Shown: positions 1-12,594 of the stretch, piece by piece | Position numbering within the stretch: the stretch's first letter is position 1 | How the letters are laid out: each line of letters opens with the position of its first letter | Assembly: GCA_036785375.1 (NCBI GenBank) | Contig: JAWMAR010000011.1 | Location: forward strand, 9,052,001-9,116,000 | Direction of reading: 5' to 3' | Length of the DNA stretch: 64,000 nucleotides | Origin: Leucoraja ocellata | Taxonomy: Eukaryota | Translations under genes and position numbers: made by a program | The notes under the pieces: model-generated | Told to the model about the DNA's origin: nothing | What the model saw: the letters and a program-made list of their open reading frames with translations, nothing else | The model's database searches: none

Positions 1-759
1 CACTACCTTGAGTGGTGGAATTACATTCAAATGTAACTTTCAAAAGTAAATTGTATTTATATTACAAAGGATATTTGACAGGACAAATGGAGATCTCTTT
101 TAAGAAGCTGCCATCTTAATGCTTTGTGATTTAGTGACATAAACTAGAAGGTGGACAGTTTTCTGGCTGAAATGTTTTTATTTGAGTTTAAAACCATATT
201 TGAATTTTGTCTGCTAAACAAGAATGGTGAAGCAGAATGTATTTTTTCTATGTTTCCGCATCATTAACTGCATGTGGAGTTGGTAGGAGTAATAAAGGAA
301 TTTAGGAATGCATGCAAATAACTTGTCAAAAAATAGCCATGATATGCAAGTTACTGATACTGCTGGGGCTCATCATGAAGGGTAGAATGTTAAAAGCAAG
401 GACATTTAACATTATTTTATAAAGCACTGGACAGGCCTCGCAATCAAGGGAAAATAATCTTAATTCAGGGCAAGTTTATAACAGTAACTGCACCACAGAA
501 AGGGTTGTAGAAATGGGTAAATTATTTGTCCAATTTCCCATCGGAGAAAAAGGGTATTTAACTGAAAGCTTCTTTGGAAAAAAGTATTAACCAACATTAA
601 AGAATTATGGATTTTTTAAAAATTGCCACTAGCTAACAAAGTGGTTGGATGTCACCTTTTGCATGTCATGAAATACCTCACATGTAGATTCCCATTCTGT
701 CAATCCAGTATCCTAAAATACGAAGTAGAAAATTAGATGTTTCCTGCAATCGATTTTAA

Positions 760-1195
760 CAGGTACGGTGGCGCCGTGGTAGAGTTGCAGCCTTACAGCA
801 CCAGAGACCCTCTGGATCCTGACTACAGGTGCTGTATGTACAGAGTTTGTAGGTTCTTCCCGTGACCTGCGTGGGTTTTCTCCGGGATCCTCCCACACTC
901 CAAAGACGTACAGGTTTGTAGGCTAAATGACTTGGTAAAATTGTAAATTATCCCTAGTGAGTGTAGGACAGTGTAAGTGTGTGGGAATCACTGGTTACAC
1001 AGAAAAGCTGGAGAAACTCAGCGGGTGCAGCAGCATCTATGGAGCGAAGGAAATAGATGCTGCTGCACCCGCTGAGTTTCTCCAGCTTTTCTGTGTAACC
1101 TTCGATTCTCCAGCATCTGCAGTTCCCTCTTAAACACTGTGGGAATCACTGGTCGGTTCAGACTGTGCTCCCGTGCTGTATCTCTAAACTAAACT
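760..1195 (+). mobile_element. tRNA-derived SINE (chondrichthyan HE1/V-SINE-like), interrupted by a palindromic insert at 996-1137
   Basis: tRNA-like head (ggtacggtggcgccgtggtagagttgcagccttacagcaccagagaccc), body 'gggttttctccggg...cctcccacactccaaagacgtacaggtt', CR1-like tail 'cgtgctgtatctctaaactaaact'; related copies at ~29846 and ~39639. Confidence 0.75.
996..1137. mobile_element. Palindromic Penelope-pLTR-type non-autonomous element with 16-bp flanking direct repeat
   Basis: Perfect 48-bp inverted arms 993-1040 / 1053-1100; tgtgggaatcactggt repeated at 980-995 and 1138-1153; related to elements at 4603-4812 and 17955-18147. Confidence 0.75.
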
Positions 1196-1479
1196 CAATG
1201 CGTTCCACGGCCATAGTTGCACTTTGGTTCATCTTACACCTTCTGGGACAGACCTAATAGGCGGTTACCTCTTACTGTTTCTATTCCTTGGAAATGTTTA
1301 TTATTTCCTAAATGTGATAACTTATTTCTCAGAATTGTCAATTCTGGACCTAGTCCATTTCTTACCCAAGAAATTGGAATAATAAGGAAAGTTTTGTCAC
1401 CGTTACTTCCAATTTCCATCTGGCTGTCATTTTCATCTGATCCACCTGTTTGTTCCTTTCTCTTTCTTGATTTCACAGG

Positions 1480-2530
1480 CGATAGTTTAGTGCCCCAGAT
1501 CTATTGCAAACCCTCAGACTTCCATTCTGCTTCTTACAAAGACTCTATATCATTCTCATATTTTCATCAGTTCTGCCGCATCTCTTCTGATGACTTATTC
1601 AACATCAGGTCTTCTGAAAGGTATTTCTATATCCGTATACATGATTTCCCCTCTGAAATTTCTCAACCATGTTGGCCCCATTTCCTAAACATCTACTATC
1701 TTCCCATGCTTCTCTTCTCTTCGCCATTCTCTTCTCACCTAGAGCATAGATCGATTTCTGCTTGTCATTGTTTTTCCACCATCATGTTGAACAGATCTTT
1801 CCACCAACTTCAATGCAAATCCACCATCAGACACATCTTCCCCACGTTGTGGAGCTCTTCCCTTCAATCCATATGCATGAGCCTGAGCTACCAGTAATCT
1901 ATCACTTTTATTTCCATCCCATTCTCTCACTCTCGGCTCTCTGTTTCTGACCTTACACTATTCTAATAAAGCCTAAGGAACTACATTTCATGTTCAGAAT
2001 ATGTACATTAAAACCTCAGTATTGAATTCAAGAATAAGCAGATCTTTTGAGTTTCCATCAGTGTGTTAGTTCTAATGAAAGAATAAATCTCTATTTCCCT
2101 CACTCCATGGGCACTGATTGCTGAGAATTTCCAGTATTCTCTTTTATTTCACTTTTAACAATTGCAGTAGTTTGTATCACATCGCTGACGTATTATTTTT
2201 TCCACTTCACATTATTTCCATTTATCGTCCATTTGCAACTCCTGCAATCTGCTCACCTGCAATTAACAACACTCCATCATCCTTTCTCAGCCAGCAGCAT
2301 TGATACCTGTGCCATTCAGTCTCTCTTTCTTCATCCTCTCACTGGGATTCCTTTTGTTTACTCCACTCCTCCTCATACAAATTTTAATTTTCATCTTAAT
2401 TTCCAATTTTAGCTTGGTCTGATGAAAGATCATCAAACTGAAACATTAACTTTGTTTCTCCCCATTGACAATGAATATTTCCAACTTTTTCACAATATTA
2501 GATGAGAACATTTCAACATTTGAAATCATC
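1480..2530 (+). mobile_element. Decayed Penelope-like retroelement (RT C-terminus, GIY-YIG remnant and pLTR)
   Basis: Frames give IYCKPSDFHS..YKDSISFS..RISSDD (RT thumb) and HEPELPVIYHF (GIY-YIG); degenerate CTGATGA..GAAAC motif near 2419-2445. Confidence 0.65.
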
Positions 2531-3439
2531 AGCATTAGGCGTTATTGTTTTTATTAAACATATAGATTACACAGGCAATTTTAATTAGATAGGAAATATA
2601 GTCTGAATATTCAGAAAAAAAACTACACACTGTACTTCTTTGAACAGAACCTACGATAACATAAAAAATAAAATCAAATTCTAAATGTTTATGGCTTAGT
2701 GCAGTGGAGGAGGGAGGAAGGACATACATAAGAAATAGATCTGCTAAACATATTTTCATCCAATCAATCTGATGCTTCTGGAGTCAACAAATCTGAAAAG
2801 CTGCAAACTTGGAAAAACAACTCTTATAGCATTTTCTCCAATTATTGTTTCTCTGTAGAACATTAGCACTGCTTATTTTGATTATGTAGAATTATAACAT
2901 TTCAATGCATTATGTGATGGGATCAATGACAAGTTTATTCTACATTTGAACATAGAAAATCCTAATTTATAAATGATCCTATCTATTTTTTGATATCTAA
3001 CTTTTAATCTTCCTTCACTCACAGCCCACAGGTCATCATTAGAAGGGAACATTGGCTGTTTCCTCCCTCTACATTCCTCAGTCTAAAGGATCTATAGGGT
3101 TTTTGCTGCTGTGCTCCCAGAGATCAGGTCGGACAACAAATTAAACTTGGGACTTTGAGGATTTCAGCAAGATATGCACGTTTATGATGCCTATGAGGAA
3201 AACCGATCTAATGTTGATCATTATAAAATCAGATCGTAAATTGTAAAAAATGATTCATCATTACTTTTATTGTAATTAGACACTTCTGGACTCAAGGTTC
3301 TTTTGTTTTTACTGCACCACAAATATCTTCTCACCCACTGATGTTAATTTGATAATGGGCTAAATAGCACATTAATGCCACTGGCCAATATTCTACAGGA
3401 TAGAAAAAACCAAGAGGGGTAACCTGAGGGGTGACTTTT

Positions 3440-3667
3440 TCAAGCAAAGGGTGAAAGATGTTTGGAACGAGTTGCTGGAAGAGATAGTTGAGGCAGGTAC
3501 TATCACAATGTTTAAGAAACATTTAGACAGGTACATGGATTGGATAGGTTTAGAGGGATATGGGCCAAATGCAGGCAGGTGAGACTTGTGCAGATGAACA
3601 TGTTGGTCAGTGTGGGCAAGTTAGGCTGAAGGGCCTGTTCCCATGCTGTAGGTCTCTATGACTCTAA
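3440..3667 (+). mobile_element. CR1 LINE 3' fragment
   Basis: tggaacgagttgctggaagagatagttgaggcaggtac...gaagggcctgttcccatgctgtaggtctctatgactcta, typical of the CR1 ORF2 end and 3' UTR. Confidence 0.7.
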
Positions 3668-4602
3668 AGATATCTTTTGGTTTGGTAGGTGATAAAAATG
3701 CCCAATTCCAAACAGCAAACATGAGAAAATACTATCTTCAAGGTCCTTGGTAAGAGTGCAGTGGAAAGTTATAGGAATGGTACCAGAGATGAATGCAGAA
3801 AGGTAACGGAAAATGTAATTAAGGCGTTAATCATGATGCAGAATTCTTATAGAGTGATGGCCAAATTACAGCTCAGTCAATCACCACAAATTTAAGATAA
3901 CAGTACAAAAGAAGCACTAAAGATGTGATGGGACAATGTAAATAAATAAACTGAGTACATTTGTTTACACAGAGCTGAAAGAATAAAGAAAGCCTTAGTA
4001 ATTTTCTAAATACACCATTTACATATATTTAACATGGAAATACAGCAGATAAATAGAACCACTTTGATATTTTTTTTCAAGGAGCTTGCGCAGCCACCTT
4101 GAATCCAAAGACCTCCTTCTCTTATGCACAATTCTATTGTGGCAAACGCAGCATCACCACCAAAGTAAATTTGGTGAACTCATTGTTGCAAGACCAATTT
4201 AGTCCAGTCCTAGCCCAAAAAAGTATTTATGAAATTATGCTGTGGATAATAATCCACCCAAAATTTCCATGGTGAATATAATCAAGAATAACAAAGGTTA
4301 TTTTAGAGCAAAAAAAATGCTGCTTCAGTACTAGTACTGGATTAAAGTACTTGGATAAGCATTCTTTGGATACACATATCTTGCATTTATATTGATGTCA
4401 AATTGTGGTGATGTCAATGGACAACATCCTAAAGTGAACCAAACTGAACAGATAACAATTCAATGTGATTCAATTCAATTTCACGGACTAGAAGGGTCGA
4501 GATGGCCTGTTTCCGTGCTGTAATTGTTAATGTGAAGCCAAGTAAAATGAAACAGTCTAGCCTAACCACCAAATTAGCTTACAACCATTAGGAGAATTGT
4601 GT

Positions 4603-4812
4603 AGGAGGGAACTGCTGCTGCTGATTTACACAAAGATAGGCACAAAATGCTGCAGTAACTTCAGCGGGACTGGCAGCATCTTTGGAGAGAAGGAATGGGT
4701 GACATTTCCTGTTGAGACCCTCCTTCAGACTCCAGAGTCTGAAGAACGGTCTTGACCCGAAACATCACCCATTCCTTCTACCCAGAGATGCTGCCTGTCC
4801 CACTGAGTTACT
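4603..4812. mobile_element. Inverted-repeat Penelope-pLTR-type element carrying a minimal hammerhead-like core
   Basis: Imperfect inverted arms around ~4733; CTGAAGA(4739-4745)-stem-GAAAC(4759-4763)-ATC. Confidence 0.65.
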
Positions 4813-5066
4813 ATCTTCAGTAGGAGAGTTATGTTTCTATAGCTTAAATTGACAGTGAATTTCCCAGTCTGAAACCAGTAGATGCCATTTAAGTAGCACT
4901 GACTTGTTCTCCTGCCTGCAAAGGGCTCTACCTGGATTGATGGATGCACATTGCTTTCCATGTTAAAATTGTACGTGTTCGGAAAGGAAAAGGGAGAATC
5001 CCTGCTCATTGAATATTTCTCTTAATTCCAACCATGTTCGCTGATTTTAATTTAATTTACAGTCAT

Positions 5067-5118
5067 ACAATAGACAATAGGTGCAGGAGTAGGCCATTCG
5101 GCCCTTCGAGCCAGCACC
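5067..5118 (-). mobile_element. CR1 extreme 3' tail fragment
   Basis: caatagacaataggtgcaggagtaggccattcggcccttcgagccagcacc is the reverse complement of the CR1 tail ending at ~36409; similar pieces at ~25797 and ~50362. Confidence 0.7.
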
Positions 5119-7047
5119 TAGGACAGTGTAGAATTACTTTTTCTTTCTTGCTCTGGCATCTGGTTTAATGTCAATTCCAGATGAGTACTGAATGTCATGT
5201 CTTACAAATATTTAGATTTTAAATGTAATCTTAAGCAAAAAAATCTGGAGGAACAGGGCGTATATGGAAAAATATGGAGATGGCATAGGTGGATGAGGAC
5301 CAGTTGGACACAAAAATACAAACAGAATCATTTTTACTCTATCATTAAAAAAATGTCAATTGAAACCACCAAATATAGATGCATGAACTGTTCATAAGTC
5401 TGTGTTGTACAAACACCCTACATTTAATATTATTAAAATAGAGATGCTAACTAATAAGTACTTTGTCAGAAATTCTGAATTTGACGAGGTAACCAAGAAA
5501 TCTTCAGACAATAACCCAGATTTAATTTAGGTCATACGATTACTTTCTTCTTTTGGCTGTAATAAACTCTTGGCTAAAATAAGTCAATGATACAAAGATT
5601 TGCAATGCGTCAGTGTACCAAACCAAATATCAACTGAGAGGAGGATTTACATGTGTGATTCTTCCCCCATATATATTCTTATCGAGGGGGATATCAGAAT
5701 GAAGCAAAAAGAACTTCATCAAATGGGGGAGATTTTTATAGAAAGTTAGCAAATGTTGGTCTGCACAACTGCAATTGGTGATCCTGGAGGTTTAGTAGTT
5801 AAGAACATTAATGGCAATAGGGAAAAAAATTAAAATTAAAATCAATCAGCAAAGGAATAGAAAAATAATTCTGCATAAAATTGGTTCATTATTTGGTACT
5901 TAATTTGTGATTGAAAAATCCCTTGCAAATACAATGAAATGGTTTCTGCTGAAGGAAACACAATATGAACAAATGCTACATTGTGCTTAAAAAAATCTAC
6001 ATTATTAACCAAACAATGAGAAATTATAGATATAGCAAAGTAATAAATATACAGTAATGTCGTCAGCACCTTGAGCAACACCATCGCCAATCATATTGCA
6101 TAATACAATGTACGTCATTCATGAGGCTTCTGTCTAACAGCAACATCTAAATGAGATTTAAATACAAATTCTCTCCTTATATTCCTTTTGACAACATAGA
6201 TCAACAAACAAAAGATCACCAATGTATGAACGGTAACCAAGACGTGGATTAAACATGTTTGACATTTTTTCTATTATCTCGACATTGTTCAGTATTTGTA
6301 CACATATGATTGAGTCCACACATATCATGGGAACAATAAAAAGGCAAATCTAGAAAGATAGCTAACTCCAGGCACCCTTATAATTACATCTGATTTGATT
6401 ATTGCATTTATGGTAGCCTTAGTTTAGCTGTATCTATGCAATTACATCTCCAATCAATCATTAGCCTCTAGAATGATCACTATTCTCCTGAAATGGCCAT
6501 GATTACCATTTTGTTTCTTTTAAACTATAATCAGTTCTGCATAAAAATCATTTACATATTGTAGCTAAATCATTGATCAGTTAGTTCATTGCATTTGCTA
6601 ATCCATTGGATAGACTTGCAGCAGGCAACTTTCAACAAGTATATTTAGTAACTTAAATATAAAAATTTACACTTAGTTACAAAAATATATATGCATTTAA
6701 AAACATACAAACCATATTAAGACTGGGTATTAATGATATTGACTAAACACATCTTCTCCATTTGCAGATATGAAAAATAAAGTCCACCAATAGTGAAGAA
6801 TGCATTCTGATTCTGAATAAAGTTGCACAGATATTTTAAGTTTAGAAATAAAACATTTTAATTACTGGTGGATTCTTAGCTTTTGTAAATTTCTAACGCT
6901 TCTAGCTTATGACATTTATGACAATTTAGGAACTTGTCAGCAACTTAGATCATGAGTAAGCTTAGTACCCAATGTTAATAACCAGGCAAGGCATTTTGAA
7001 ATTATAGTTCATGAGTAGGATATATTATAGAACCGCATTAACTAGAC

Positions 7048-7390
7048 CAGTGATTCCCAACCTGGGACCATGGCAAATTTCAGGGGGGCCACAGAAAAAA
7101 ATTGGGATTTAGGGGGCCACAGGTTCAATGAAGGGGGGCCACAGAGCTACCAGAGTTGCCTCCTAAATTTCAGTTCTAATAAATTTAAATCTATGTAGTT
7201 GAAATATTTTTGATGTTTGTGGAATAGAATAAAAGAGAATATATGTGCAATTAATAGACACTGATATTTTTATGGAAGGTATAATATTGAAGTACTTTTT
7301 CCCCGCTAATAATGTCACGGGGGAAGGGGGGCACAGAAAAATTAAAAGATCCCAAGGGGGCCATGAGCTAAAAAAAGTTGGGAACCACTG
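7048..7390. mobile_element. hAT (Charlie-like) MITE
   Basis: TIRs cagtgattcccaac / gttgggaaccactg; 8-bp TSD aactagac (7040-7047) / aagtagac (7391-7398); repeated subterminal gggggcca motif. Confidence 0.8.
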
Positions 7391-9072
7391 AAGTAGACAA
7401 ATCAAATTCAGTCTTAATATTTTGAACCAATATTAACATGTCCAACTCTTTAAGAATATACTATCTTTTTCATAATATTCTAAACTCTATATGTATACTC
7501 AGAGTTATTAATTCACTATAATATATCACATATCAGTTTTAAATTATGCAGTTCCTTAATTCTTATCTAGGGTATTTGCACTATAGTCTGCCAAAGATCA
7601 GTAGTGAACAAAGGCTGTACAGTACAAATTTAATCCCTTGTCCTCACTTCAATGTTTACGGTATATTCAAATTGACTGTTGCACTAATAGGTTCCAGGCC
7701 CTATTACTTTGTGGCCATTTTCATAAAAGTTTTATTGCATTTCAAAATCTGCATTACGTAATTGATATGCAAAGGATTAAATTCATACATACAAAGCAAA
7801 TTACGCAGTAAAATGAGTAAATAGAACAGCCGCTTGCATGTTTTCCATACATCTTTGTCACTTGAGTTATAGAGAAAGGTGCCCTTTTAAAATAAATTAT
7901 GATATTTTGAATCTATGGTTCTACAATAATATTGCTCACCATAGTAACAGGATTCACATGATATTTGCCTAAATTGGTGGATACAAGTTGATGGTACCAG
8001 AAATGCCTGTTCAGCATTTAAATTGGCAAAGAATTGTTGTGGTCATGCAAAAGACTGAGCCTCTCATATCGCTTGGTACGTTTTACAATAAGAGCATCTG
8101 GAAACAGCAGCCTTTCATATTTAGTTGGTGAAGGTGACTGGCCGTTCATTGCTCATGGTACTGGGAGCAGGAATTGTACTTTTACTGGTAAGGTTAATTT
8201 AATGCAGAAATATTATATTAATTAAGTATCTAATTTCTTGTTCTCAGATTTCAATTTAGAACCACAAATTTCATACCTGCTGTACAACTAAAGTCTTTCT
8301 CATATTCTGGAGTTTCTGAATAAAAATTTGCTTAAATTTGTCGATCTAATAATAATAATAAAGTTTTGTGCAGAACTGTAAAAACCACAGGCATAAAGCA
8401 TGACTAGGAACTGTCAAACAAAATGCAATGTTTTTTGTGGCATTTATATATATCAAAGTATATAATAAAAGTGCTTTGTAGCCAGTGGCAGCACCTGGCA
8501 ATATAAGTTATGCTTTTCAACAAATTCTATGAAAGATAATGTTTTCTCATCTTGCAATACATCATGTTGCTGTATGACTTTGCCAATCTCAAAATGACCC
8601 TCCTTTCCAATTGAAATTATCAAACTAATTTCACTATCGTCTTTAAGAACAAACTTTCATCCAGTTACAACTGGATTGAGTCTTTAAAATATCTTGGACA
8701 TGAAAATAATTTCTATCGTCAATCCCCTATAAGGGCACATACAGTATCAATAGTTTTATCGTCTAGCTTAGTTAACTGAACAGAGTTGAGTATGGTCAGC
8801 CAATGCAATGCTTGATTGTGTGTGCTTCCTCCCACAATAATAAAGAAATGAGAAGGGAAATATATTCCTTTGATAAATCTATTCATTTCTTGGTGTTTTT
8901 TTAAGACATGCTCATTTGACAGAAAAGCATGACCATCTATTATCAATAATCATTATCTATAAAAATAAAGTAAATACATATATTATTTAATCCCTTCAGC
9001 TATGCATTTTATATCTTTTAAATCCCACAAATAACAAATGATCTTTCCCTCCCCTCTCTCGTGGGTCACTAA

Positions 9073-9911
9073 TTATTCAACATCATGTCCTCTGAAAGGT
9101 ATTTCTATATCCTTATACATGATTTCCCCTTTGAAATTTCTCAACCTTGTTGGCCCCATTTCGTAAACATCTTCTCTCTTCCCATGCTTCTCTTCTCTTG
9201 ACCATTCTCTTCTCACCTAGAGCAACGATCGATTTCTGCTCGTCATTGTTTTTCCACCATCATGTTGAACAGATCTTTCCACCAACTTCAATGCAAATCC
9301 ACCATCAGACACATCTTCCCCACGTTGTGGAGCTCTTCCGTTCAATCCATATGCATGAGCCTGAGCTACCAGTAATCTATCACTTTTATTTCCATCCCAT
9401 TCTCTCTCACTCTCGCCTCACTATTTCTGACCTTCCATTGTTCTAATAAAGCCTACTGCAAGGTTAAGGAACTACATTTCATGTTCAGAATATGTACATT
9501 AAAACCTCAGGATTGAATTCAAGAATAACCAGACCTTTGAGTTTCCATCAGTGTGTTAGTTCTAATGAAAGAATAAATCTGTAACAGTAACTATTTCCCT
9601 CACTCCGTGGACACTGACTGCTGAGAATTTCCAGTATTCTCTTTTATTTCAGACTTTTAACAATTGCAGTAGTTTGTATCACATCGCTGACGTATTATTT
9701 TTTCCACTTCAAGTTATTTCCATTTAGCATCCATTTGCATTTCCTCCAATCTGATCACCTGCAATTAACAACACTCCATCATCCTTTCTCAGCCAGCAGC
9801 ATTGATACCTGTGCCATTTAGTCTCTCTTTCTTCATCCTCTCACTGGGATTCCTTTTGTTTTCTCCACCCTTCCACTTCATCTGAATTTTAATTTCCATC
9901 TTAATGTCCAA
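9073..9911 (+). repeat. Direct duplicate of 1595-2406 (Penelope-derived segment), flanked by a ~38-bp direct repeat
   Basis: Collinear high-identity match to 1595-2406; aatgatctttccctcccctctctc..aatt at 9037-9074 and 9917-9954. Confidence 0.9.
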
Positions 9912-10411
9912 CAATTAATGATCTTTCCCTCCCCTCTCTCATGAATCAGTAATTGTTAATGCTTATTTATTGTTTATGTAAATAAGAGGTTAGTTAAAGA
10001 CTGAACAAGGTGACCCATGTATCAATCATAGGCAGCATAAATAACCACAGTTTTCAAATAAAAATTAGAATAACTTTGCTTATTATCTAATATTTGCATT
10101 ACTAAAAGCAAACTGCAGTCCAATATTTTTGGTGACAAAACAGTACCAACATTTTAGCAGACCATTTCATTCAGGTTATTTGAACTTTCAATATTTGATT
10201 CCCAAAGGCGACAATAAATCTAGGAATTGGATCCTATAGGTTGGGGCAGCAGTGGTTTGTCGGTGAGGTTTATCAAAGTTTTATTAACTTCGCTGGTCTG
10301 GTATCTGTACCTATATGTCACAAATTACCATTTTCATAATATCAATATATTTTGGGTTATTCTCATTGGATAGGGAAGCTAATATATAAGCAATTTAAAA
10401 GCACCGATCAT

Positions 10412-12594
10412 TTACATTATGGTTTCATGAATATCTGTTAGACAATTAGTTCCCATGTCTAGACCATGTAATGTTGCTTTCTGGTCCAATGAAGTAACTT
10501 TGTTGAACATCTCTGGAGACAAGGAATATCTGTTTCCTGACTTCTCCTCAAACCAACAGTCCAGTGCCCTCTTTGCCTCGAAGTTTGCAATGGATGTTCC
10601 ATTAACAGCAATAGTCAAAAGGTCACTGAGTTGGTCAAGGCTAAGTCGAGACCTGTTATTGTTACGTATCCGATAAAAGGCACCACGACTTTTCTCACAA
10701 GCTGCTGTTGAAGTCGGCAGAACAAGCAATAATTGAATGATTCTGTTTAGTATTGGGAATCTTTGTTTATACTTAAAGATGTGACAGCTCAACTCTTTGA
10801 AACCATTCTTGTTGTAGCATTCAGATTTTAACTCCCGCCATTCCTGCAATAAACTACCCCGAATGTCTCTGCCATCCAGACCAATTTCCTTTGTAAAAGA
10901 TGGAATTATTTCAAAGTGCTTATATATGTGCATAATTTCTTCTTCACCATGACTCATCAGGTTTTCCTCATTTTGGGGCCACGTCGTAATGTCAAAAACT
11001 TGACATGCTCTAATAATGATACGGCTATTGCAATCCAGTCTTTGTGCTAGAATGAGTTGCGTTTTTTGGCAAATCTTCTCTCTTATTGAATTAAACTTGG
11101 CTTCTGCCACTCTTAGTTTTTGCAGAGGAACACCATGAAAGTTTTCGTGAAAGGTCTCCTCAAACTCTTGCAGATATTCTCCTGGTGATTCCACCAATCT
11201 ACTTATCTCTTCAATGGCTTCTTCGATTTTTTCATCCGCATGGGTAATGAGAAGGTGATCACCCTGGAAAATGAACGCCAACCGTGTAAGAACACCAATA
11301 ATGTCTAACAAAAAATAGATAAGCTTAACTGACTGATAGTCCATCAAGAATTGTAGCAGAGCCAGAGCAATGGCAGCAGCATCTGCTTTATGGGTCTGAG
11401 CACTAACATCCTTAAGATGAGCTATCACTTCCAAATAATCCTTGATCAATGCACTCAAGATATTCTGCTCTCCAATGATCCACCTGACAGCACGAATGTC
11501 ACCCAGGAATTCTGTCTCCTCGCAGAGCGTTGCAGCAGTGGCTCTTAATTCACACATGAGTTTGGGGGAATATCGATAGAAGCTCAGCAATTGTTTCAGG
11601 TTATTCTCTAGATCTTCCAAACAGGTTAGTTCTTTGCTACTAATAGCATCCAATACTTCCAAGTGAGGTCTATGTATCACACATGGGACAGAGAGTAGCC
11701 AAGGCAAAGCCTTTTTGATCTTCATGGCTAAACCTGCCCTTAGTCCTGTTGTCATATTGGCTCCATCGACCCCCAGACCAACAATTATTTTTTCTTCTTT
11801 CCATTTGATCCCTATGCCCCCAAGGGCCCTGTCCAGTGCCTGTGTATAACCGTCCACTGTTGCAGAGCTCAATTCCTGCAGGCACAATAACTCTGTAGCA
11901 GCTGGCCCCTCGTTGGTAACGTATTGAATGTAGATGGCAACATTATCAGCAATCATGTCATCTGTTTGCCCATCCAAAATCACACTCATAAATGGGGACA
12001 CCCGGAGCCTCTCAAGGAGATCCTCACGAAAAGACATTGCTATGTGGTGAATTAAAGTTTGACAGTCTCCCTCATTCAAGTATTGATCAACAATCTTTAA
12101 GTCACATTTTTTCAGAAGTTCAGCCAACGGTCTGAAATCTGAAAAATGCCTTCCTTCAAATGCTATGTGATAGGCTACATTAAATAACAGCGTCATGTTC
12201 CGGCACATCTCTTCTGTTTTTTCTGGATGCATCCTTAGTTTATAAAGTTGCAAACATTTCTTATGAAGATTACTCTGGGCGTGCAACTTGATAGTGTGGA
12301 TTTTGAACTGCTTAGAGCCCAAGATGAAGGCTGATGTCCTGGAGGACTGAACAGTGTACTGCCTACAAACATGGCACCACATTTCATTCAGAGTGGGTGA
12401 ATAGCGCAGGAACCAGAACTTTTTCAGCCACTCATGTTTGAAGCGTCTGATCCTCCGGCCTGTACCAGTCGATATTTTCGATATTTCTTCTGTGGTGGCC
12501 AGAATCTCATTGGACATCGACTCGTCAGCTGAATCCATCTCCTGCTCACTTGTGTCATCCATGACAACTGGGACAGGAGTCTGTCCTTCTTGAG
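10412..12594 (-). CDS. PRDM11: PRDM11 terminal exon: TTF-type zinc finger plus hAT-transposase-derived (ZNF862-like) region with C-terminal dimerisation domain, 727 aa
   Basis: Uninterrupted ORF; RRIRRFKHEWLKKFWFLRYSPTLNEMWCHVCRQY...FEAKRALDCWFEEKSGN matches my recollection of the vertebrate PRDM11 long-isoform last exon; polypyrimidine tract + TAG acceptor (TTTTCTTATTTTCCTCACCCTAG|CT) gives phase 1, matching the donor at 56303. Confidence 0.93.

Noticed and set aside
1217-1897. 226-aa ORF as a host gene
   Set aside because: It runs through a decayed Penelope fragment, has no ATG start, and drifts in and out of the element's true frame.
10412-12594. Autonomous active hAT transposon
   Set aside because: No flanking TIRs or TSD were seen; it begins at a splice acceptor and matches the conserved PRDM11 last exon.
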